Origin: a virus
Lineage: Duplodnaviria; Heunggongvirae; Uroviricota; Caudoviricetes
Virus record (IMG/VR): IMGVR_UViG_2721755497_000002
Coordinates: 1-46,410 of that record
Length of the DNA: 46,410 bases
Reading direction: 5' to 3' (one strand)
Shown in pieces: positions 8,373 to 17,114 of the stretch (the stretch's first letter is position 1; each line of letters starts with the position of its first letter). Made by a program: the position numbers and the translations under genes. A model generated the notes under the pieces. That model was given only the letters and a program-made list of their open reading frames with translations. It had not been told where the DNA came from and did not search any database.

Positions 8373-9449
8373 GTGAGTATGGCTAACGCCTGGCTCAGAT
8401 TATGGCATGACATGCCAAATGACCCTAAGTGGCGAACAATTGCCAGGGTGTCAGGGCAGCCAATTGCAACAGTGATGGCAGTGTATATCCACCTATTGGT
8501 GAGCGCGTCACGAAATGTCACGCGAGGTCACATTGATGTCACGACAGAAGATTTGGCAAGTGCGCTCGACGTGACAGAAGAGGTAATTGATTCAATTTTG
8601 CAGACGATGCAGGGGCGGTTACTTGATGGTGATTTAATCACTGGATGGGAAAAACGCCAGGTGCTTAAAGAGGACAACGGCAATATTTCGCAAACCGCAA
8701 AATCTCCTGCAGAGCGCAAGAGGGCGCAGCGAGAGAGGGAAAGAAAGCGGGAACAAAATGGCGATTGTCACGGCGCGTCACGAAATGTCACGCACATGTC
8801 ACGACAAGTCACGACAGATAAAGATACAGATAAAGATACAGATCAAGAAGATCAAAACACTATGGTCCATGGCGTAAAAAATGCCACGAACCAGGCAGGG
8901 GATGTTCAGACCGTCAATCTTGGTCAGCCAGCAGGCACGACACCGGAAGCCGATTCAGCGTATGTGCTGAAAGCCGATTCGGGCGCTGTGCAGCAGGTGA
9001 TGACCGCAAGGCCGGAGCAATCACACCAACTGCAGCAGCCTGAAGCCGATTCCGCCATTCAGCGGGAAGCCGATCGGGTAGTCCCGGAAAAAAACGGGCA
9101 GTCTGTGGGACGAGTGGATTATCCGGATGTGTTCGAACAGGTCTGGCGGGAGTACCCGTTGCGTGCCGGGGCAAACCCGAAGAAATCCGCTTTCAGTGCC
9201 TGGAAGGCCAGATTACGCGAGGGGGTGCCACCAGAGGCCATGCTGGATGGCGTGAGGCGTTACGCAAGATACCTGGCGGCTACCGGGAAAACGGGAACGG
9301 AATTTGTTCAGCGAGCGACGACGTTTTTTGGACCGGACCGGAATTTTGAAAACCCCTGGTTGCTCCCGGTAAGCGGCACGAACAACCTGCGTTGTGTGAA
9401 TCATATTTCTGAACCGGATACCGAAATTCCGCCGGGTTTCAGGGGGTAA
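8373..9449 (+). CDS. Replication initiator / replisome organizer (O-like) with a C-terminal DnaC-interaction-type domain
   Basis: 358-aa ORF; N-terminal WLRLWHDMPNDPKW replisome-organizer-like motif; contains internal iteron DNA repeats; directly precedes the DnaC-like loader. Confidence 0.75.
   Translation: MSMANAWLRLWHDMPNDPKWRTIARVSGQPIATVMAVYIHLLVSASRNVTRGHIDVTTEDLASALDVTEEVIDSILQTMQGRLLDGDLITGWEKRQVLKEDNGNISQTAKSPAERKRAQRERERKREQNGDCHGASRNVTHMSRQVTTDKDTDKDTDQEDQNTMVHGVKNATNQAGDVQTVNLGQPAGTTPEADSAYVLKADSGAVQQVMTARPEQSHQLQQPEADSAIQREADRVVPEKNGQSVGRVDYPDVFEQVWREYPLRAGANPKKSAFSAWKARLREGVPPEAMLDGVRRYARYLAATGKTGTEFVQRATTFFGPDRNFENPWLLPVSGTNNLRCVNHISEPDTEIPPGFRG
8505..8858. repeat. Candidate origin of replication: iteron clusters (GTCACG repeats; 19-bp element GCGTCACGAAATGTCACGC present twice) plus an AT-rich GATAAAGATACA tandem repeat, inside the initiator gene
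   Basis: At least eight GTCAC(G/A) copies in two clusters (about 8505-8546 and 8775-8815), followed by gataaagatacagataaagataca. Confidence 0.5.
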
Positions 9450-9455
9450 CTGACC

Positions 9456-10208
9456 ATGAAAGATATCGCGACAGTTGCAGTTGGTATTCTGGAACGCATC
9501 CGCAGACTGGCTCCTGAGCACGTTCCCGTGCCGTACAGTACGACGGAGGAGTGGCGCGAGTGGCAACTTGCCGAAGGCCGGAAATGCTGCGAGGAGATTA
9601 ACCGCCGGAATCGTCAGTTGCGGGTGGAAAAAATCCTGAACCGTTCGGGCATCCAGCCGCTGCACCGCAAATGTTCGTTCGCGAATTACCAGGTGCGGAA
9701 CGACGGGCAGAAACATGCGCTGAGCCAGGCCAAATCCATCGCTGAGGAAATGATAACCGGTTATACAAACTTCGTGTTCAGCGGGAATCCGGGAACCGGA
9801 AAAAATCATCTGGCGGCGGCTGTGGGTAATCGTCTGCTGAAGGCCGGTAAATCCGTGATAGTGGTCACCGTGGCGGATGTGATGAGCGCGTTACATGCCA
9901 GCTATGACGATGGGCTGTCAGGGGAAAAATTTTTGCGGGAACTGTGTGAAGTGGACCTCCTGGTTCTTGACGAAATTGGCATTCAGCGCGAGACAAAAAA
10001 CGAGCAGGTGGTACTGCACCAGATTGTTGACCGCCGGACGGCATCACTGCGCAGTGTCGGGATGCTGACAAACCTGAATCATGCCGCAATGAGCACGCTT
10101 CTTGGTAAGAGGATTATGGACCGGATGACCATGAACGGTGGTCGCTGGGTGAGTTTTAACTGGGAAAGCTGGCGTCCCAATGTCAGCCATCTGAGTGTGG
10201 CGAAGTAA
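9456..10208 (+). CDS. DnaC-like helicase loader (IstB-like AAA+ ATPase)
   Basis: 250-aa ORF; Walker [14 protein letters not shown], Walker B LLVLDEIG. Confidence 0.85.
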   Translation: MKDIATVAVGILERIRRLAPEHVPVPYSTTEEWREWQLAEGRKCCEEINRRNRQLRVEKILNRSGIQPLHRKCSFANYQVRNDGQKHALSQAKSIAEEMITGYTNFVFSGNPGTGKNHLAAAVGNRLLKAGKSVIVVTVADVMSALHASYDDGLSGEKFLRELCEVDLLVLDEIGIQRETKNEQVVLHQIVDRRTASLRSVGMLTNLNHAAMSTLLGKRIMDRMTMNGGRWVSFNWESWRPNVSHLSVAK

Positions 10209-10230
10209 TTTTTATCCGGAGGAAAATTTA

Positions 10231-10944
10231 ATGGAAACCGTTTTTGACGCACTGAAAGCACTGAAAAAAGCCTCGTCGCACGAGATTGCAGCCCGTCTTG
10301 AAATCAGCCGTGACGATGCTGTTACCGAACTCTGGAAGCTGAAGCGTCGTGGTGAGGCTGATAACAAGGGGTCGATGTGGTGGCCGACGAGTGAGGCAAG
10401 TGAAGCGGTCCCAAAAACCACAGCAGAGATGCTGATTAACGCGATTGAACAGCATGGTCCTCAGTCGGCTGACGAACTGGCGTTAATGTTCGGGATTACC
10501 TCCCGCCGGGCGAATTCATCACTGGCGATGGCAATCAGCAAAGGTCGTCTGATTCGCGTTAATCAGGACGGTAAATATCGTTACTGCATACCGGGCGATA
10601 ATTTACCGACAGAGCCGAAAGCTGCATCGGTAACGGAAACCGATGGTAAAGCCTTTCCTCAGCCAGCAGGTGTTGCGTTACCAGTCCGGGAAGCGGAAAC
10701 ACAGGAAGAAATTAAAACTGAAAGTGTGGCGGTCACAGTGCAGTCACAGCCGTCGTTCACCAGAAAGCATCCGGATAGTCTGATTTTACCATCGCTGCAT
10801 GTGGCTAACCGCGAACTGCGCCGGGCAAAAGGTCAGGTTCAGAAGTGGGAGCGAGTCTGTGCTGCGCTGCGTGAGCTGAACAAGCACCAGGATATTGTTC
10901 GACAGATTACTGATTCATCCTGTTGTGTTGCATCAGAAAAGTGA
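10231..10944 (+). CDS. Hypothetical protein (nin-like region), possible winged-helix repeats
   Basis: ATG at 10231 with GGAGG Shine-Dalgarno; 237 aa; no recognisable catalytic motif. Confidence 0.55.
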   Translation: METVFDALKALKKASSHEIAARLEISRDDAVTELWKLKRRGEADNKGSMWWPTSEASEAVPKTTAEMLINAIEQHGPQSADELALMFGITSRRANSSLAMAISKGRLIRVNQDGKYRYCIPGDNLPTEPKAASVTETDGKAFPQPAGVALPVREAETQEEIKTESVAVTVQSQPSFTRKHPDSLILPSLHVANRELRRAKGQVQKWERVCAALRELNKHQDIVRQITDSSCCVASEK

Positions 10945-10959
10945 TTGCAGGGGACGCTG

Positions 10960-11382
10960 ATGGCAAGAGTATTTACACCAGAAGAGCGGGAAAAAATTAA
11001 GGGGCAGGTTGTTGAACTCGTACGCCAGAGCGGTCGCGAGACGTTACGGCAACTGGAAGCTAAAACAGGTGCAACAAGATATCTGATGAGCGTTCTCGCC
11101 AGAGAGCTGGTTGCCAGTGGTGATGTATACAACTCTGGCTACGGGTTATTTCCGTCTGAACAGGCTCGTAAAGACTGGCAAAACGCCCGCAAAAAACTTT
11201 CAAGGGCAAAGGTGAAGAAACCGGCTGTGGTTGATCCGGACCTTATCTGGTCATTACCAGACGGAGAAATACGCCGCTACGACAGGCGCCTGAACATAAT
11301 CTGTCGCGAGTGCCGGAATAGTGAAGTTATGCAGCGTGTGCTGGCGTTTTATCAGGGTAATTTTCAGGAGGTGATGGCGTGA
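10960..11382 (+). CDS. Hypothetical protein
   Basis: ORF 10945..11382 (track start is TTG); first ATG at 10960 (MARVFTPEE...). Confidence 0.5.
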   Translation: MARVFTPEEREKIKGQVVELVRQSGRETLRQLEAKTGATRYLMSVLARELVASGDVYNSGYGLFPSEQARKDWQNARKKLSRAKVKKPAVVDPDLIWSLPDGEIRRYDRRLNIICRECRNSEVMQRVLAFYQGNFQEVMA

Positions 11383-11678
11383 GGGTGAGAGTTTATATTG
11401 CCGGTCCAATGACCGGGTATAAAAATTTCAACCGTGAGGCGTTCCACAAGGCGGAAGAGGAACTGAAACGGGAAGGGCATACAGTCTTAAACCCGGCAGT
11501 ACTTCCGGACGGGCTGACACAGCCACACTACATGGATATTTGCATGGCAATGATTCGTTGTGTTGATGCGATTTACATGCTGAAAGGCTGGCAGCGGTCA
11601 GCAGGCGCTAAGGCAGAACTGGCGCTGGCGGAGAAGCTGGGGCATGCAGTTATTTTTCAGGAGGCAAACAGTGAGTAA
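11379..11678 (+). CDS. DUF4406-like protein (nucleoside 2-deoxyribosyltransferase-like fold)
   Basis: 99 aa; GTG start with GGAGG upstream; N-terminal VYIAGPMTG motif typical of the family. Confidence 0.6.
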   Translation: MRVRVYIAGPMTGYKNFNREAFHKAEEELKREGHTVLNPAVLPDGLTQPHYMDICMAMIRCVDAIYMLKGWQRSAGAKAELALAEKLGHAVIFQEANSE

Positions 11679-12207
11679 CCAATGGCGACCAGATATTTGC
11701 CCTATAACCGGACGTGCATTTTTCATGTGGATTGAGCATCCGACATTGGGAAATGTGCCGACGTATGGTGGCCCATTAGATAGCTACACCATCCCAACAA
11801 AGGACAGCGACGGTGAGTTTTCATGTGAGCGTTACGATCATGATTTCGGTGGCTGGGTAGAAAGCGAATGTCTTGGGTTATATCTGATTGATGATAAAGA
11901 ACAATGCAGAGTCTACGAACTCGAGGAGCGCGTTAAAGAGCTGGAAGCGCGGGAAATAAAACCGGCCAAGGGCGAAGTTCTTGTCGTTGTATCTGGTTTT
12001 ACTGGTTGCGGAAAAAGCGCCATTGCCGGGGAAATAGAAATCGCGATGAAGGCTATTGGTGTACCGGTTCAGTGGACTAATGGCGATGCAGAAAAGCGCA
12101 TGACAGGAGCTGACTGGCTGACAGCAATTGAGATGTACAAACCAACTGTGCGCATTGTGGAAGTTAATGTGCCACGCGTCGCTGGCATTCGCATCAAAGG
12201 AGAGTGA
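11671..12207 (+). CDS. Hypothetical protein with Walker A-like P-loop (SGFTGCGKS)
   Basis: GTG at 11671 preceded by AGGAGG (alternative ATG at 11644); overlaps upstream stop. Confidence 0.5.
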   Translation: MSNQWRPDICPITGRAFFMWIEHPTLGNVPTYGGPLDSYTIPTKDSDGEFSCERYDHDFGGWVESECLGLYLIDDKEQCRVYELEERVKELEAREIKPAKGEVLVVVSGFTGCGKSAIAGEIEIAMKAIGVPVQWTNGDAEKRMTGADWLTAIEMYKPTVRIVEVNVPRVAGIRIKGE

Positions 12208-12208
12208 C

Positions 12209-12565
12209 GTGGAAATAAATCCAGAAGATGAGTTAAGCAATATCGTTTTATTTCCGGTAAAAGAGGATGACCCACGTAATCAGGTTAATTTTATTTATGA
12301 GCCATCGGAAAGACCATACTGCCATCACGCCTCTGTCCGGGTTGATGAAAAAGAGCGTCAGGTCCGGTGCAAAATATGCGGTGCGGTGGTGGAACCATTT
12401 GACTTGATGCTCTCTGTGGCGAAAAGAGAAACCAGACTGGCGGATGATGTAAAGCTATTGAGGCAGGAGGAACGGGAAAGGCGTAAAAATATAGAAAAGC
12501 TAATCCAGATTGAGCGTAATGCGAAAGCGCGGATACGCAGGGCGACAAAAACCAGGCCAGAATAA
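12209..12565 (+). CDS. Hypothetical protein with zinc-ribbon-like motif and basic coiled-coil tail
   Basis: GTG at about 12209 after AAAGGAGAG; motif CHH...CKIC; ORF track 12128..12565. Confidence 0.45.
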   Translation: MEINPEDELSNIVLFPVKEDDPRNQVNFIYEPSERPYCHHASVRVDEKERQVRCKICGAVVEPFDLMLSVAKRETRLADDVKLLRQEERERRKNIEKLIQIERNAKARIRRATKTRPE

Positions 12566-12610
12566 ACAATATTATTATCGAAAATAAAATACTTAACCGG
12601 ATGAATATCT

Positions 12611-12823
12611 ATGTCAAATATTCAGAAAACCATTAACACTGAAAAATATAACGAGTGGGTGAAAAAATTCTCTGAGCAGGTTTTTAAAATTACTGGTGAC
12701 GAGAATGCGGCAAAAAATGAATTAGAACCGTGGACACTTGAAGGAACCGACCCAAATTATTGCTGGTGGGAGGTTGATCCGGTTGATGCTGCAAATGAAG
12801 CCATGAGTTATTACGACGATTAA
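12611..12823 (+). CDS. Hypothetical small acidic protein
   Basis: 70-aa ORF with compact spacing in the operon. Confidence 0.45.
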   Translation: MSNIQKTINTEKYNEWVKKFSEQVFKITGDENAAKNELEPWTLEGTDPNYCWWEVDPVDAANEAMSYYDD

Positions 12824-12858
12824 TGTCTGGAGGCAGCCCGAAAGGGCGGTAATGAAAA

Positions 12859-13527
12859 ATGAATGAATTAACCAAAGAATGGTTACAGAACACGATTACC
12901 GGAATTGAATCGATAATGGACGATACATCGTTTGTATGTAGCGAAATAGCATTCGAAATCGGTAAGGTTAAAAACGTACTTACCGCATTTAAAATTGCGC
13001 TGGCATCGCTGGAAGAAGAGCCGATAGCGTGGCGATATCGCTACGTGAAAAAAGGTGTTACGGACTATCAGGGGGAGCTGTGGGTTGGTGACTGGAAATA
13101 TGTACCGACAAAAGAGGATTGCAACGACAGGCCGAACTATGAAATTCAGGCGTTATTCACTTCCCCGCCTGTGCCAGTAGTACCTGAAGAAAAACCAATG
13201 CCTAACCCTCTTAAAATGTACGCGGTCGATGCTGTTGCCGCTATTGCAGAGGTGAGAGGCTGGAACGCCTGCCGCGCCGCTATGCTTCAGAGTCAAGATA
13301 GTGGCATCAAAGATGGTTGGATAAGCTGTAGCGAGCGAATGCAGGATAGCAAAACAGGTGTTCTTGTTGCGCGCGAGCTTGACGGGAAAGGTGACTGGCG
13401 AATGAAATGGGCGACTTACATCCCGGGTCATCCTGACGCTAATGACGGGTGGCTAATTCCTGGGGCGTCATGGAAACCGTCACACTGGATGCCACTGCCA
13501 GAACCGCCGCAGGAGGTGAATCAATGA
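12859..13527 (+). CDS. Hypothetical protein, DUF551-like C-terminus (WMPLPEPP)
   Basis: 222-aa ORF; C-terminal motif typical of phage nin-region DUF551 proteins. Confidence 0.55.
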   Translation: MNELTKEWLQNTITGIESIMDDTSFVCSEIAFEIGKVKNVLTAFKIALASLEEEPIAWRYRYVKKGVTDYQGELWVGDWKYVPTKEDCNDRPNYEIQALFTSPPVPVVPEEKPMPNPLKMYAVDAVAAIAEVRGWNACRAAMLQSQDSGIKDGWISCSERMQDSKTGVLVARELDGKGDWRMKWATYIPGHPDANDGWLIPGASWKPSHWMPLPEPPQEVNQ

Positions 13528-13607
13528 CCTGGCCTGAAGCATTCACCACGGTAGGGATTGCAATGGCGGTGGCACTGGTGGTGTATTCGATTTGCAGCTG
13601 GGGATGA
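13524..13607 (+). CDS. Possible 27-aa hydrophobic peptide (MTWPEAFTTVGIAMAVALVVYSICSWG)
   Basis: ATG overlaps upstream stop (ATGA); single predicted transmembrane helix; not in ORF track. Confidence 0.25.
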   Translation: MTWPEAFTTVGIAMAVALVVYSICSWG

Positions 13608-13617
13608 TAAGTAGCAC

Positions 13618-13645
13618 GGTGCGGGGCATTGTTTGCCCCGCTAAT
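13618..13645. terminator. Hairpin GCGGGGCattgtttGCCCCGC between convergent genes; candidate bidirectional terminator
   Basis: Perfect 7-bp GC stem followed by T-rich tract. Confidence 0.45.
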
Positions 13646-13653
13646 TTGATTAT

Positions 13654-13821
13654 TTATTTGGGGGTAATATCCTGAAGTGTAGCGTTTATTTCTTCGCCTG
13701 TATCTGTATTTCTGAGTTGATATGTAATGTCGTCGTTTCTAATAATTTGCACTAAAAGCCATTCTCCATTTTTTTCACGTAAGTGAACAGTACTGTTTTC
13801 TGATATACCATGAACAGTCAT
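13654..13821 (-). CDS. Hypothetical small protein on the opposite strand (about 55 aa from internal Met MTVHGISEN...)
   Basis: ORF 13654..13956 minus in an AT-rich stretch convergent with the nin-like operon; weak support. Confidence 0.3.
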   Translation of the reverse strand: MTVHGISENSTVHLREKNGEWLLVQIIRNDDITYQLRNTDTGEEINATLQDITPK

Positions 13822-14088
13822 TTTTATACCTTTTGTGTTGTGTGAACGATGAGTATAGTCAGAAATGAGACTGTGAAGGGGGATAGAAAATAATAGTTTG
13901 TTTTTGTAGAATCGCTGCGGGTGCTTGGGGCTATCTGTCTCAGGCATGAACACCAAAAGGCAGATAGAGAAAAGCCCCAGTTAACATTACGCGTCCGGCA
14001 AGACGCTTAACATTAATCTGAGGCCATATCTATGACTTGCACGCGTAGGTTAGCCTCTTACGTGCCGAAAGGCAAGGAGAAGCAGGCT

Positions 14089-14244
14089 ATGAAGCAGCAA
14101 AAGGCGATGTTAATCGCCCTGATCGTCATCTGTTTAACCGTCATAGTGACGGCACTGGTAACGAGGAAAGACCTCTGCGAGGTACGAATCCGAACCGGCC
14201 AGACGGAGGTCGCTGTCTTCACAGTCTACGAACCTGAGGAGTAA
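14089..14244 (+). CDS. hokD: Hok/Gef-family type I toxin
   Basis: Internal Met of ORF 14032..14244 gives MKQQKAMLIALIVICLTVIVTALVTRKDLCEVRIRTGQTEVAVFTVYEPEE, a near match to HokD/RelF as recalled; upstream in-frame extension is consistent with a mok-like leader. Confidence 0.8.
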   Translation: MKQQKAMLIALIVICLTVIVTALVTRKDLCEVRIRTGQTEVAVFTVYEPEE

Positions 14245-14312
14245 GAGACCAGGCGGGGGAGAAATCTCCCGCCACCTCTGATGTGTCAGGCATCCTCAAC
14301 GCACCCGCGCTT

Positions 14313-14340
14313 AACCCGCTTCGTCGGGTTTTGTTTTTTC
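14313..14340 (+). terminator. Rho-independent terminator after hok (CCCGcttcgtCGGG + TTTTGTTTTTT)
   Basis: Hairpin followed by T-tract; preceded by a second hairpin GGCGGGGGAGaaatCTCCCGCC. Confidence 0.5.
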
Positions 14341-14411
14341 CTGGCATTCTGGTTTACAATTCGCACGTCAGCCTGAACAACTGGCACCTGCTGCGCCAGC
14401 AGAGACAACCG

Positions 14412-14690
14412 ATGGCGCACGATACCAAATTACACAATTCTGATGATTCTGCCGTCTTTGCCAGCAGGCACGGGCGGCGTTCCCGCACTTTCAAATCTGA
14501 CTGGTTCCAGCATGACCCATGTACTGAAGAACAGGCCGAATGGCTAATTCATAACTATCGCAGACGCGGATACGAGATTAAGAAAGCCCTCAGCCTCGAT
14601 TATCGTCACTGGATAATCTATGTCAGGCTCCCTTATTCCGAACGCCCACCGCGCCCATCCCGCACATACCAGCAACGGATCTGGAGGTAA
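14412..14690 (+). CDS. Rem-like hypothetical protein
   Basis: Internal Met (MAHDTKLHNSDD...) downstream of the hok terminator; position between hok and DUF968 gene mirrors Qin rem. Confidence 0.45.
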   Translation: MAHDTKLHNSDDSAVFASRHGRRSRTFKSDWFQHDPCTEEQAEWLIHNYRRRGYEIKKALSLDYRHWIIYVRLPYSERPPRPSRTYQQRIWR

Positions 14691-14691
14691 C

Positions 14692-15747
14692 GTGCGGATA
14701 TTACTTCGACCTGTTCTGGTACCGGAACTCGGGCTGGTGGTCCTTAGGCCGGGCCGTGAATCCATGCAAGTATTTCATAACCCTCGAGTGCTGGTGGAGC
14801 CTGAACCGAAAAGCATGCGCGGTCTGCCGTCCGGAGTCGTCCCTGCCGTTCGCCAGCCGCTGGCGGAGGATAAATCATTACTGCCATTTTTCAGCGATGA
14901 GCGGGTGATTCGTGCTGCTGGCGGCGCTGGGGCACTGTCTGACTGGCTGTTGCGTCATGTCAAATCCTGCCAGTGGCCTCATGGTGACTATCATCACAGT
15001 GAAATCGTCATACATCGTTACGGTACCGGCGCGATGGTGTTGTGCTGGCACTGCGACAACCAGTTGCGTGACCAGACATCCGAATCACTCGGGCAACTTG
15101 CTCATCAAAACCTGTCAGCATGGATGATTGACGTCATCGGTCACGCAATAAGCGGTACGCAGGAGCGTGAATTATCTCTGGCTGAATTATCCTGGTGGGC
15201 GGTCCGCAATCAGGTGGCGGACGCGCTACCGGAAGCGGTATTACGTCGTTCGCTGGGGTTGCGTGCGGAAAAAATCCGTTCAATGTACCGTGAAAGCGAC
15301 ATCGTACCGGGAGAGCAGACCTCCACCAGCATACTGAAGCAGCGCACAAAAAATCTTGCGCCGCTGCCTCACGCCCACCAGCAAAACCCGCCACAGGAAA
15401 AGACGGTGGTCAGCATTGCTGTTGATCCGGAGTCACCGGCTCAGTATCTCCAGCGCCAGAAACCACAACGGGAAGAGATGCCTGTATACACGCGCTGGGT
15501 AAAAACGCAGAAATGCATGACGTGCGGTAATCAGGCAGATGATCCGCATCACATCATTGGTCATGGACTGGGAGGGACGGGAACAAAGGCTGATGATTTG
15601 TTTGTTATTCCGCTGTGCCGTAAATGTCATAACGAACTGCATGCCGGGGTAAAAGATTTTGAAGAAAAACACGGCAGCCAGCTGTTGTTGCTGATTCGTT
15701 TTTTAATGCACGCGAGAAATTCGGGTGTCCTGAAGTGGAAAGCATGA
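14692..15747 (+). CDS. DUF968 protein (YdfU-like; HNH-like zinc finger CMTCGNQADDPHHIIGHG...CRKCHNELH)
   Basis: ORF 14620..15747; probable GTG start at 14692 with GGAGG overlapping upstream stop (alternative ATG 14620); 352 aa. Confidence 0.65.
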   Translation: MRILLRPVLVPELGLVVLRPGRESMQVFHNPRVLVEPEPKSMRGLPSGVVPAVRQPLAEDKSLLPFFSDERVIRAAGGAGALSDWLLRHVKSCQWPHGDYHHSEIVIHRYGTGAMVLCWHCDNQLRDQTSESLGQLAHQNLSAWMIDVIGHAISGTQERELSLAELSWWAVRNQVADALPEAVLRRSLGLRAEKIRSMYRESDIVPGEQTSTSILKQRTKNLAPLPHAHQQNPPQEKTVVSIAVDPESPAQYLQRQKPQREEMPVYTRWVKTQKCMTCGNQADDPHHIIGHGLGGTGTKADDLFVIPLCRKCHNELHAGVKDFEEKHGSQLLLLIRFLMHARNSGVLKWKA

Positions 15748-16125
15748 ATGACTGAACGCATAGAATTTGTTTTGCCTTACCCGCCGACGGTGAATACCTA
15801 CTGGCGACGTCATGGCAATACGTATTTCATCTCGGAGGCCGGAAAGCGTTATCGCCGTGATGTGGCGCTAATTGTTCGCCAGCAGCGGCTGAAATTAAAC
15901 CTGTCCGGAAGGCTGGCAATAAAAATTACTGCAGAGCCGCCGGATAAGCGCCGTCGGGACCTGGACAATATCCTGAAAGCACCGCTGGATGCACTGACGC
16001 ATGCGGGGCTTCTCATAGACGACGAGCAGTTTGATGAAATCAATATTGTGCGCGGTCAGCTCGTTCCTGGTGGGCGACTGGGCGTGAAGATTTGCGAAAT
16101 CAGAGGTGATGGTAATGGGGCGTGA
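15748..16125 (+). CDS. rusA: RusA Holliday junction resolvase
   Basis: 125 aa; motifs PPTVNTYWR and RRRDLDN...LDAL...AG match the RusA family. Confidence 0.85.
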   Translation: MTERIEFVLPYPPTVNTYWRRHGNTYFISEAGKRYRRDVALIVRQQRLKLNLSGRLAIKITAEPPDKRRRDLDNILKAPLDALTHAGLLIDDEQFDEINIVRGQLVPGGRLGVKICEIRGDGNGA

Positions 16126-16465
16126 TATGTATGAGGTTTTAGATCGCTGGGGGGCATGGGCTGCAGCAGAAAATAGCGGTGTCGATTGGCAACCGATAGC
16201 AGCGGGCTTCAAGGGGCTTTTGCCACATGGCAAAAAGTCACGTCTCCAGTGTGATGATGATGAAGGCATCATGATAGACGGTTGTGTGGCTCGGTTGCGA
16301 AAGTATAAACCAGAGGAATATGAGCTGCTCATAGCTCACTTTGTTATTGGTGTTTCTCTACGCTCAATCGCGAAGAAACGCAGGTGCTCAGATGGAACTA
16401 TAAGAAAGGAGCTGCAAACTGCATTAGGCTTTATTGATGGATGTATATGCTTGATTCTATCATAA
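16115..16465 (+). CDS. Late antiterminator Q (QuuD / phage 82 Q family)
   Basis: ORF 16106..16465; LDRWGAWAA...IAAGFKGL...RLQCDDDEG...DGCVARL resembles QuuD; likely start ATG 16115 after GAGGTGA. Confidence 0.75.
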   Translation: MGRDMYEVLDRWGAWAAAENSGVDWQPIAAGFKGLLPHGKKSRLQCDDDEGIMIDGCVARLRKYKPEEYELLIAHFVIGVSLRSIAKKRRCSDGTIRKELQTALGFIDGCICLILS

Positions 16466-16478
16466 GTTATGACTGTTA

Positions 16479-16865
16479 CTACTCGTTTGCTTGAGCTTTC
16501 GATTCGGCGTCAGATAAAGCATCAATACGAATATTTATGTTTTTTAATAGCTTATTGTCTAGATCGATAAGACATTGGTTGTAGTGCGCAATTTGGTCTG
16601 GTGTTAGGTTAGGGTTGGCCAGGCAGTTCGTGATGAATTTTCTGGCCGTTTTTATTTCCCTTTTCATTCTTACATCATTAAGCGTAGGCAAACCTATGTA
16701 AGCGATAAGAAGAATTACCACATGAGATAAGCCGACAGCAGCTCCAGGCGCCAATGATTTGAAGAAGGCTAATTGAGGAAGCCAGTCAAAAAGGAAATTC
16801 AATCCCGCAGTGATAAGGGTGGTAAACCATGCCTGCATTGCCAGGTAGGATTTAGTGTTCGCCAT
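16479..16865 (-). CDS. Uncharacterised membrane protein (cargo gene 3 of 3), two predicted TM helices plus helical C-terminus
   Basis: 128-aa ORF; hydrophobic segments WFTTLITAGLNFLF and VGLSHVVILLIAYIGL; start abuts stop of upstream gene; convergent with Q, 13-bp gap. Confidence 0.6.
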   Translation of the reverse strand: MANTKSYLAMQAWFTTLITAGLNFLFDWLPQLAFFKSLAPGAAVGLSHVVILLIAYIGLPTLNDVRMKREIKTARKFITNCLANPNLTPDQIAHYNQCLIDLDNKLLKNINIRIDALSDAESKAQANE

Positions 16866-17111
16866 TCACCTTCCTGCACTTGCTTCGTTGCGAGTTTTGA
16901 GTTCGCGTAGCAGTAGCGCCAACTCTTCTGCGTCATTTTCGTTTCTAACGCTGACTTTCCTTTTAGCGGTTCTGCCTTCAGGATCGGTGTAGGTTAGTTC
17001 AATATACGCATTCGGCTTTACCCAAACCAAGAACCTAAGCACAGCATATCTGACCGTCGCTGCGACAGCCATGAATACAGTGATGTAAAGCATAATGCTT
17101 AGGATTGACAT
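16866..17111 (-). CDS. Uncharacterised small membrane protein (cargo gene 2 of 3), one N-terminal TM helix
   Basis: 81-aa ORF; ILSIMLYITVFMAVAATV hydrophobic segment; translationally coupled to neighbours. Confidence 0.6.
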   Translation of the reverse strand: MSILSIMLYITVFMAVAATVRYAVLRFLVWVKPNAYIELTYTDPEGRTAKRKVSVRNENDAEELALLLRELKTRNEASAGR

Positions 17112-17114
17112 GAT

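Noticed and set aside
9213-9809. 198-aa minus-strand ORF overlapping the initiator 3' end and the DnaC-like gene
   Set aside because: Antisense to genes with clear Walker motifs; Arg-rich spurious frame.
14283-14411. N-terminal extension of the Rem-like ORF (track start at 14283)
   Set aside because: The extension would span the hok terminator hairpin; the internal ATG at 14412 downstream of the terminator is the more plausible start.
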